From: Paraspadella gotoi
Taxonomy: Eukaryota > Animalia > Chaetognatha
Assembly (NCBI GenBank): GCA_051294375.1
Contig: CM119270.1
Span: 3,378,784 to 3,442,783, forward strand
Direction: 5' to 3'
Length of the DNA: 64,000 nt
Below, in pieces: positions 40,695-51,500 of this stretch. Numbering within the stretch: the stretch's first letter is position 1; each line of letters opens with the position of its first letter. The position numbers and the translations under genes are program-made. The notes below the pieces were generated by a model that made no database searches, was not told the origin of the DNA, and worked only from the letters and a program-made list of their open reading frames with translations.

Positions 40695-41631
40695 GTTATT
40701 CCCTCCAATTTACATAATATATAAATGCATCGAGAAGCAAAAGTTTTTTTTCCATTTGCGTCGCTTCTTTCCGCTACCATTCCCATTGGCGGTGGCGGCG
40801 GCGGCGGCGGCGCCCTTTATACCGCTGCGCGTTGCAGCGGCGGCGTGTCCCTCCCGCTGCGTCGCTGTTATTTCTGGGAAATCCTGATTCCTGATCGATT
40901 TAATTTTATTCTTTCTATGAAATTAGTACACCCAAAACAAAAATTTATTTATCATTTTTTAAAAATTATTATTTATTATTATTTTAATTTTGCAACGGAA
41001 ATTTGAATTTGTTTTGTATTGAGCTGAGCTGAAAAGATCGCAATCCGATAATCACATATTCGTTATCTATTTTGACTGCTGAATATTTTTTAATCGTCAA
41101 ACAAAGCAAAGCAAATACTACAGTCCAAATTGAAAAGAAAAAAAAACATCGTCTAACTCTTATCATTTTGGATTTTTATCTAAATTTGTTTTAGGGTGAG
41201 AAACCACATGATTTATGACCTTGTTAATGGCATCATCGCTGGTTTTGTTTTTCACAGTTCGTTTCACAGTTTCGTTGTGAGAAAGTTTTTCAATTTTTTT
41301 TTCTGCTTCGAGATATTTTTATTTCACATAAAATAAGTCAATGTCTGGCAAACCAACGTGCGATGTCCATTTTTTTGGTCAAGAATAATTTTTTTTTCTT
41401 TGTTTTGATTTCTTTCGTTTTCGTTGCGTTTGAAGTTAGAACATGAAAATGATTTTAATAACATGAAACATTGTTTCGACACATGTACGCAATTTTTCAT
41501 GTTTTTATTTCGTCAACTTGAAGTTCAGCTCGTCCACCTCTTGAGGTTATTGATCGTGGAACCTTAAATAACGAACTCAATAATAGCGTTTAATAATATT
41601 ATTAATAATAATTCAATACTAAAAATAAACG

Positions 41632-44600
41632 ATGGCGAACTCAGTGGACTCACCAACGAATATGGACACAATAACCAATCGGTTGACGAACGGAAAAATT
41701 AGTTCGGAATCGGTAAGAAAAAAGGTTATAAATTTAGTTGTAAATTAAAACTATTCTTTAAAATTATCGTTTGTTTTTGTGCATTTTTAGTATGAAAACT
41801 CATTTTCGACGGGCTAACTAACTGTTTTCCAAGTTATAAGGTTTTGCTTTAACACAAAAATTAACAAACTACTCGATGTCAGGACTTTCGAAACATGATC
41901 GCCTCCATGAAACTGACGACCAAAGACATGGAAACGATCAAGGTCATGACTCATCGCCTTGTCGCCATGCTCAAGAACACTTCCTTCTACTCGCAAGATT
42001 GCCGCCTCTACCTCGGGGGATCCTTCAAGAAAGGCACCAGCTTGAAGAACGGTTCCGACGCCGACATCATCGTCTTTCTTCCTCCGCCGTCGAAAGGTTT
42101 ATGGCTGCCACGCCCATTGGCGCCGAAAATGGGGGCGGTGGGAGAATGGGCGGGGCGTAGGACCACTTCGATTTACCGGCGACGAGTTAAAACGCATCCC
42201 CGGCGTTGTTTCAATAGAGATGGCGCTCATGTAGGATTACGCCAACTGATCGCAATCCTCAGTGGAAGGTTAAGACTAGCGAATGTCCGCAACACGTCCG
42301 AAAAAACTCCGCAATAAAAAAAATCTGAAGATAATCTGACGACGTTATAGATTTAATAAAGGGGGAGTATCCCTAATGGGGAATGGTTGGGGCTACGAGG
42401 CGGGGGTTTAAAGGGGCATTTGAAATTTCGAGTTGCGGACGAGTTGAGGACGAATTGCGGACGAGTTGAGGACGAATTGCGGACGAGTTGCGTACGAGTT
42501 GCGGACTTTTAGGAAAAGTACAAAAGTGAATTTTAGAGTCGGAATCTGCGATAAGCAGATCCGACTAAAAAAAAAAAATCCTGTACTATATGCTAATTTA
42601 CATATTACAGTTAGTCATCCTGCTTTTGGAAGTCAAAATCAGATAAAAAAAATCAAGTTGGTATCTCTCAAGGATAAATTTTTGATTAAAATAAAAAATA
42701 AAAATTGTTTCCACTACTAATCAGTTTTGTATCTCTCATATATTTTTTAATGCAAAAAATAAAAAATAAACCAATCCCTCACACGGTCTATTTATCCTTT
42801 CAGCGTCGACGTTGGACTTGACCGTTTTGATCAAAAAGACGATCGAGATGAAGAAGTTGTGCCTGAAGGAGTTGACGGACCTCTTCGCCAAAGAGAGCGG
42901 GATGAAGGAGGACGAGTGGGTGGAGGAGGGAAGGAAGATCAAAGAGGAAGAGGAGCTCGCCGACACTGGACCCAGTAAGAGTCGGAACGGGCATGGAAAT
43001 CAGGGATAACATGGTAAGAGTCGGAGCGGGCATGGAAAGCAGGGATAACATGGTAAGAGTCGGAGCGGGCATGGAAAGCAGGGATAACATGGTAAGAGTC
43101 GGAGCGGGCATGGAAAGCAGGGATAACATGGTAAGAGTCGGAACGGGCATGGAAAGCAGAGATAACATGGTAAGAGTCAGAGCGGCATGGAAAGCAGGGA
43201 TAACGTGGTAAGAGTCAGAGCGGACATGGAAAGCAGGGATAACATGGTAAGAGTCGGAGCGGGTATGGAAAGCAGAGATAACATGGTAAGAGTAGGAGCG
43301 GGCATGGAATCAGGATAACGTGGTAAGTCGGAGCGGGCATGGAAATCAGGGATAACGTGTAAGAGTCGGAGCGGGCATGGAAATCAGGGATAACGTGGTA
43401 AGAGTCGGAGCGGGCATGGAAAGCAGGGATAACATGGTAAGAGTCGGAGCGGGTTTGGAAAGCAGAGATAACATGGTAAGAGTCGGAGCGGGCATGGAAA
43501 TCAGGGATAACGTGGTAAGAGTCGGAGCGGGCATGGAAAGCAGGGATAACATGGTAAGAGTCGGAGAGGCATGGAAAGCAGGGATAACATGGTAAGAGTC
43601 GGAGCGGGCATAGAAAGCAGGGATAACATGGTAAGAGTCGGAGCGGGCATGGAAAGCAGGGATAACATGGTAAGAGTCGGAGCGGGTATGTAAGCAGAGA
43701 TAACATGGTAAGAGTAGGAACGGGCATAGAAAGCAGGGATAACATGGTAAGAGTCGGAGCTGGCATGGAAAGCAGGGATAACATGGAATTTGCAAGACCG
43801 AATCATTTGCGCGGTTTAAATCAATATATCGAAAGATTAGTATTATTATCATTATTATTTATTTATTTAATTCAATTATCGTGACGCATTAGTTTAAACC
43901 GACGGATCCGTTATCTGTACACTGTACAGTATTGTACAGTGTACAGTATTAAGCAAAATTCCTGAACCCTTAACATTCTACTCTGATCCTGTTTACCTAC
44001 AGGGGGAGACAATCGCCCGCGGGTTTCGATGAAATTGACTCGTCAAGTTCCTTCCATGGATTTTGCTTTCGATTTCGATCTGTCTCAATTCCGAGATGAC
44101 AAACTCGCTATGTTTTATAACAGGTTTTAAAACATTAAACTTTTGAGGTGGAATGTATTCAACTTGAAGGGTGTTCCGAAATCAATTCCCAGGGTCTCAA
44201 GAGGGGACCTGTTTACCCGCCCTGCCTCTCATTCACTTCACAAACTCTTTTCAGAGCCAACAAATACCTGATCACCATCGAAATGACTTCCGAAGATGGT
44301 AAGTTGACCTTACCATTCGACATTCTCCCCGTCTACGATTGGGAGCGCAACTACTCGTCGCTTTTCGAGATGCAACAACATTTCGCTTTCCTCAAAATCC
44401 CAGGATTCGTATCCTCGAATTTTACTCCTTTTCACACGGACTTCGTTTTCACTCGGCTGGAATCACTTGGTATGTTTTACATTGTTGTGCATTATAAGAT
44501 TATGGTGGACTAAAATCCACCAACCGTTCATCAGCGGCCATTGGTGCCGGAGGCAAGTCATTCGCCTCCCAACCCAAAGGTCAGGGGTTCTAGCCCGGTG

Positions 44601-45902
44601 GCCCCCTAGCAGTTAAGAGGGACGGGGCGCTTAACCCGCCTGTAACATGGTGTTACAGCCTGATCCGAAGCTCAGGCACTGCTTATATTGAACGGTTCTG
44701 TCACATAACAATAATTACTGTCTCTTCATGATGTACAATGAACACAATTTTCATTTTGCGATTTTATTAATAAAGCATTAACCTATTCTTCTAAGAATAC
44801 AAATTACTGATTAGTTTAATTCTTTAAATCAGTGCCTCGAGTTAAAGTTAGACTGATATATGCACGCCGTGCACGGTTACTTAATAGTTAATAAGGTCAT
44901 GCAGTATGCCAAATATACATCGAATAATCGTCTTGCTCACGAGATCTATCTTGCACTCTTGGACCCTTGGTTCTTACTATTGACTATCATTGCTTACATA
45001 TGTTGCTTATTTTCGTCCAACAGGTACGGCCAAGACCCTCGCCAAAGACTTCATCGTGGCGGCCAAGTGCTGGGCTAAACGTGACCTGAGGAAGGAATAT
45101 CACACGGCCAAATTTCCATCGTACGCGATCGAACTAATTTGTTTGGCCATCGTCGAGTTGGAAGCTGAACGAGAAGGGATGGAAAGACTGACGTTGGGGA
45201 AGCTTTTCATGAAGTTCTTGTTCGTAGGTAAATGTTAGATTGTATGTAAATGTATGAATAAATAATAAGTACTAATGGCTCTATTAGAACTTCTGGCTTT
45301 TGACTCTGGACTAGCTCAGGTCGATTAAGGGCCTCCATCTCTCTTAAAGTGAAAATATAGCTTTTAATCAAGGCTCTTTTACTTAGTTTAAGTTTCACAA
45401 TATACTTATTCTATTTCGTTTGCTTAGGTAGATTATTGCAATTAAGATTAAGTAAGCCGCTGTCTCACACTCAGAACTATAATGTTATTCTTCTTTTAAA
45501 TCAACATAACCTTTGTCATTCCCCCATTCTCTTCTTCCCCCAGTCAAAAACCACAGTTCCCAGCTGGGTCTGGTTTCGAAACCGGTAGAGGTGGTTCATC
45601 AAACAGCCGGACCGAATCGGGAATCGGACATCGTGTTGGCCTTCTCCCGCCTTCTCAACGAAGAGCGTGGCTTGGAGACCCGCACCACCAAACGGGTCAC
45701 GTTGCCCGCTTACGAACTGGATGAAATTCCCGCCAAAATTATGGATCAGTACCCTCAATTGGTCGTCGATCCCGCCAACATGCACAGGTGGAAATGGTGG
45801 GATGCCATTAAAAAGAGGTGCATCCGGAAGTCGGCTGCAGTCTCTTTCTTCTCAATGCTTCAAAACCTACAAATTTCTTGCCTTCAAATGCCGACAACTT
45901 AA
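41632..45902 (+). CDS. 2'-5'-oligoadenylate synthetase (OAS)-like nucleotidyltransferase, 454 aa, 7 exons: 41632-41712, 41883-42096, 42804-42974, 44003-44123, 44255-44469, 45024-45227, 45544-45902
   Basis: All introns are GT-AG with matching phases, and the exons sum to 1365 nt with no frameshift. OAS-type motifs occur in order: LGGSFKKGTSLKNGSDADIIVFL (cf. GGS.GKGT.L...SDADLVVF), PFDILPVYD (FDVLPAFD), SNFTPFHTDFV (CFTELQRDF), KDFIVAAKCW (KSLIRLVKHW), FPSYAIELI (PPQYALELL), LVVDPAN (VILDPAD). Exon 1 is the least certain. Confidence 0.9.
42975..43785 (+). repeat. 39-bp tandem minisatellite, ~21 units, starting exactly at the intron 3 donor of the OAS-like gene
   Basis: Unit GTAAGAGTCGGAGCGGGCATGGAAAGCAGGGATAACATG, head-to-tail with no spacers. 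Confidence 0.95.
44501..44728 (+). mobile_element. Solo LTR of family B in intron 5 of the OAS-like gene
   Basis: Single copy of the same unit, TATGGTGGACTAAAATCCACCA...CTGTCTCTTCA. Flanks AGAT/TGAT are a 3/4 match. Confidence 0.85.
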
Positions 45903-47329
45903 GGCGACGAAATTAAAATTTTGATTTTAAAATCACTCGACCAGTTTCTCGTTTCCAACGACATAGCTTATGTAAAAATCTTTCCTTTCTCAACCAGTGT
46001 CGTCAATTATATTACAAGCAGAGGATTAGCTGCAGATACTAATTAATCCTTAAAAAATTGATTATGAAACGATTTTAATAAAACTAATACGGAGCAAAAT
46101 TTCCGTACTAAATTCACTGGAGGAGATTATTAAAAATTATCCATCTTTCTAGGAACGTCGCTTCGACGGTCAATTGGCCCGAAGTTGCGGCAGCGGCGAA
46201 GCGCACTCTCGTGGAGACACGCCCACTCGACGAGGCGCTGTGGGCAGAGTTGATGGAGGAGAAGTGGTCGTTGAAGGGGAAAGAGGTCGTCAAGGAGGAA
46301 ATACATCACGGAAAGACTTTCACGTTGAAACGCGTCGTCCGGCGATATTAGTTGTTTCGGATGATGTCGCTCGTTGCCTTGACGACCGAATTGACTTAAG
46401 AAAACTCGAGTTTGACCAACGCAGAATTTTATGTTTATGTTTGTGGTGTAAGTACTTTTCATTGTGGTTACTTAAATTTTGTTGGCAGCACAACCATGTT
46501 TTGTTTCTTAACCGTGATTTTAAACTTTTTCGAATATGCGCCCTTTTATTGAAGCTCAATTTTTAAGCGCTTATACTTGTAATACTTGTAATCTCAGTGA
46601 AAATGGCATGTACTAATGCTTTAGCATTTTCTTTACAAATATATACGTCCGTTTCTCTCTTTTTTTTAAATCATTTAAATTTTTTTTTTCAAAATTTCAT
46701 TCTATGCTCGTGAAATGCCCATCGGATATTACTATGCAACTCTCTTCAGTAGAATAAAACAAATACGATTGGAGAAATATATCAGGTTTAATATAAACAA
46801 TTAACTTTACAAACAACAAAATCACACAAACTTTTTTTTTATTAAACCCCGAAGAAATACGATGAGTAACAAAAACAGATACGCGATTTTTTTTAGTTAC
46901 ATTTTGAACGTATCTCAGATAATGTTGAAAAGGAGTAACCACGGGATTTATTTTATATTTGGTATTTTCGTCAGTAAACGAGGAAACATTACTCTTAAAA
47001 AAAATAGACTATTAGTTTCGGAAAAAAACAAGTTTGAGCAAACAATGTCGGATCTGCCCACGATAATTATCGGTAATTAATTAATAATTAATTCATGTTA
47101 ATTAATTATTTAATTAATTAATAATTAATTTATTCAAGGTAATTATTTAATTAATTATATAATTAATTAATTTGATTCAAAATGTTTGTTTTGAATGATT
47201 AATTAACTGATTAATTAATTATTGATTAATTAACTGATTAATTATTTGATTAATTAATACAACTTACATTTACATTTAAAATAAAAAGAAAAAGAAGCAT
47301 AATCAATTCGTGAAACAGGTTCTTTGTTT

Positions 47330-47806
47330 TTTCCATTTAAATTCATTTCCACTCAAACAATTCCATGGAAACTTGATTTCCAGTTTAATCACACACATTT
47401 CTATCCAAATACAAAATTTCAAGTCAATCGGCCCATCCACTCATGAATAATTGGTGTTCAAATAATGAAGTATATTTTTTTGTTTTTTCCACTTAAACTC
47501 ATTTCCACTCGGACGATTCCATCAAAACTTCATATCCAGCTCAATCACACACTTCCCGACCCACACACAAAATTTCATTCCAATCCACAGATCCAATCAT
47601 GAGTAATTGGTGTTTTTTACTAAGGTGGGACAGACGGATGGACGGATGGACAGACAGACGGGCGGACGGACATCTTTTTTTTTACATAATTTATCATAAT
47701 TGGATATTCTGACATGATATAAGTGAATGCCCGATAAGATTGAGGGGGCGGACCGACAAAGTGAATTATAGAGTCGGGATCTACTGAAAGCAGACCCGAC
47801 TAAAAA
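47330..47806 (-). mobile_element. DINE-1/HINE-like (Helentron-associated) non-autonomous element
   Basis: Terminal T-run with hairpin (gtcgggatct-actgaaagc-agacccgac), a GTCC/GTCT microsatellite (47629-47670) and two ~170-bp internal tandem units. Similar ends occur at ~9690-9765 and ~42530-42570. Confidence 0.55.
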
Positions 47807-48568
47807 CAACATTTCCTCTCTTTTTCTCTCACACCCTTTAATCTGGAAACGAATCTACAATAAACGATCGAAATTTAATTAAATATCAATAATTATTAAT
47901 ACGATCGCGATACACGATCTTTGAAAAAAAGTAAAACGCGAATATTTAAGCGCGATTGAAAAATTTAAAACTTCTTTCTCCGCTTGAATTTAAAAAATAT
48001 TAAAAAAAACGCTAAAAATGGAGTCAACCTTTCACACTCTCTCAATCCAAAGAAGTGAGATCCGAACCAACACTAAATAAAATAAGAAATAATAAAACGC
48101 TGATAAAATTATAGAATTACGTAATTTTTCCGTTAAAATTTCGGGGGGGGGGAGAGAAGGAGCAACGTCAACAAAGTAATAATTAATGAAACGAAAAAAT
48201 AATCAGCCTCGACAATACATAAAAAAAAAATTAGGGTAAGACGCAATTTCTTTGTGTGAGCAGTTCTTTTTTCATTATTAATTTTATTTTTCGACGAAAG
48301 AGGACAGCGACGTCGTCGGGAGTCGAAAAACAAATGAACAAACTGGGCCTTAAAGATGAACCGTTTTGGACCAGGAAGTTCCAAGAAAAGGAGAGGGGGA
48401 AACGGGGCGTGGGGAGTGGGCATTTGAACTGTACCTATTTAAAAGGTATTGACGCGCGCTCTGTAGCGTCGAAACGGGACAATAAGAGGGCGCGCGGTCG
48501 AAGGTGGGAAGGTGCGAGTGGGGGGGGAGGGTTAAAGGGGGGGGCTCAAAAACGAAGGCGAGGTCAAG

Positions 48569-51500
48569 TCACGTGACTAGCCATTCGATGGGCACCCATT
48601 GCGGCTCTTTGTTGAGTTCGTCCACTTTTCTCGTCAAGGCCTTTGTAGCTTTTCTCGTAATCGTCGTGATGATCCGTGATCGAAATAATGTCCGAAGTCA
48701 CTTCGATTTCCTGGTGGGAGGAATTGGAGGTGGGGGCCGGGGATTTGATATTATAGGCTAACTCGCATTTGTGTCACAACTGAGATATTATTAAATTATT
48801 ATTATTTACTTTTGCCATACATATTATCTATGTTAAATTAACTCACCCTTTATCTATTTTTGTTGTCGGTCAATATTCTGCGAAATTGGTCAACAAATAT
48901 GAAAATTAATTCATTTATTCAATAAACAAGCTATCTTGCCCTTTGTACAAGAGGCAGGTCTTGGTGGTGACGGCCTTCATGCTTCTTACAAGTTAATATC
49001 AGACTCTTTCACATTTCTAGTTCATGACACTGGACAAGAACCTGGCCTCCAATCAGTGATATGTTCTAAGAACTGTTTAGTGTTTATTGATACTAAAGAT
49101 AAACGGTCCTACTTTATATCTCTCTCTCTCTCCTCTCACCAACTGAGCATCTTCCTTGATCGCGTTCAACTCCTCCTCATTGATCTTGACTCCCATTTTC
49201 ATCCTCATCTGTCTCATCTTCTCGATGTTCGGCGGCGCAACGAAGATGAAATATGGCAGGATATTGGACGAGTAGTAATTGTCGCCGTTCTCGCCTGGCA
49301 ATTAATTAATTAATTTATTTTTTAAAGTATTAATTGTAATACTTTTTATACATTATTTATCAACGGGAGGCGCTTGTAGAGTCATTTGTTCGGCGGGATA
49401 ATTTTTATTAGTGATGACAAAATTTCATTGAAAATCTTTAATATCATTTGCATATTGTAGTTTTTTAAAATGAATCAACTGACAGTTATAGAAGAATTGA
49501 TTAAGCGAAAAAAAAAACATACAAGATTTGCAATTATTAATTCAACCGAGTTATTAAAATCAGAAAACTTTTTTTTTAATGATAAAGTACCTCTGTAAAA
49601 TTTTTGTTCTGATTAATACTTTTGAAAAACTAAAATCATAATACGACAGATAAATAAGACCGAATCGCAAAACTGAGCAAATGTATTAGATGCTGTCGTA
49701 TCAAAACGTATAATAACGTTTGTTTCAATAATGTTTTCCAGATTAATTTTTACCATTTTATTAGCGTTTCTATTAAATGACCTAGTAATTGTTAGTAATA
49801 GTATAATTTACATAGCGCATGAATAAAAAAAAAATTTCTTAATTTTCTAAAATATAATCCTAACTTATTGAAAAGGTAAATCTTAAACTTCTCTCACGTT
49901 CCCTCATTCACATTCACGCTTTCCCCAAGCGGGTCCCCCGACCTTTCAGCGTGCCCAGGAACTGCGGGTGGATGTTGAGGACGGGGATTCGGCCGTCGTC
50001 GATGACCGCGCGGATGCTGTTCCAGGTTGTGCCGAAGAGATGTTTGTCGAACTCTCCGAATTCGGCGAAGCGACCGTTCTGGATGTCGATCTGATTTGGG
50101 AGAATGGCGGAAGGGGGATATCGTGGATTACGGAGTTTTGGGGTACAACCAGTATAAAAATTATTAATTAATTCAACTATTTGGCTCCTTACCGAGGACA
50201 CTAAACCGGCTTCGATTAATTATTAATTATTATAATTATAATTATTAATTAGTCATTCTAATTTAGTTATTGACCCATTGAGTACGAGCATTTGACTTTC
50301 TTTTTAAATGAATAAATAATGATTACCTACATAATTTAGTATAAGATTACGTTTAGATATGAGAATACTCCTCAATATTTTATGATATTTCGCAGCAACT
50401 AATTGAGACTAAAATCTAAACTTCGCTTTAGTACGGAAGCATTTAACGATTAACGAGACCAAAATGGAATAAATTACAAGTCATAAACGATATATATATA
50501 TTTACATTATTTAGTGAAAAAAAAAAGATTCACCTCGAACTGAATCTTGGAGATGAACTGAAAATCCTTTCCGTTCATCTCTCCGTCCCTTCTTTGCCGA
50601 CTGGTGTGACTGACGGCGGCGCCGAACTTCTCGGGTTCCGTCTTGATCAATTTCTCCCTCAATTCTTTGCAGCCGATGTTTTCGGGACCGATGAGCACGA
50701 TGGTGCGGACGATCGGCTTCCTCACCCCGTAGTCGAGGTCGGCTTCGGGCTGCAGCATCCCGACTTCCTCGTAGGTAAGGATCAGCTCGTCCTCGTCCTC
50801 TTCCGCTTCGATCGCGGACGAGGGCGCGCCGACGCCGCCGTTGCGGTTGACGGAATAGCGGCCAAACTTTTTTCGTCGTTTCTTTTTCCGACGCGGGCGA
50901 CACCTTTGGAGGGAAAGGGGAGGGGTAGGTTGAGGTAAGGTGAGGTAAGGTGATGTTAGGCGAGTTAAGATGGGAGTTTGTCAAATGATAAGTTGTGATA
51001 ATGAGTTTTGGTTGAACATGATAAACGTTTTGGGTGTCGTCTCTATTCGTTTTCCGTCACAAGCTGGACGAGAGAGAGAGAGAGAGACAGACAGACACAG
51101 ACACTCGACTCACCTGCAAGCGCACATCTGCGTCTGCTCTTCCTTCATTGATTCGAGACATTGTCGTTTGACTTGCTCTCTCATCTGTTGGAAGTGGGAA
51201 GAGGGAATGAGTCCGGCGAGGGATTGGTCGTCCTCTCCCTCTCTATACGCCTGCCACCAATAGTTGTCTTGCTGTTGGACGACGTGGAGAATGTCGCCGT
51301 GCATGAACGACAAGCCTGTGGGTGTGATTTAGGAGGTAAGGTAAGTTTCTTTGTCATTCATGATGGTTATTAAACTGTTCCTTACCAAGTTCCCTGCAGG
51401 GTAAGTAAATGTCTTCCTCCGGGTCATAGCTGAAAAGGGCTCGAATGTGCATAATTTCTCCTGGTGGCATCACTGGCGAGGTGAGGGACGGGTGATAAGG

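Noticed and set aside
41895-42096. Bacterial CBASS CD-NTase operon or contamination
   Set aside because: The gene has six spliceosomal introns, OAS-type C-terminal motifs and animal neighbours, with no Cap effector ORFs.
42975-43785. 39-bp array as a CRISPR array or a repeat protein (MESRDNMVRVGAG)n
   Set aside because: The units are head-to-tail with no unique spacers, there are no cas genes, and the array lies in a eukaryotic intron bounded by phase-compatible exons.
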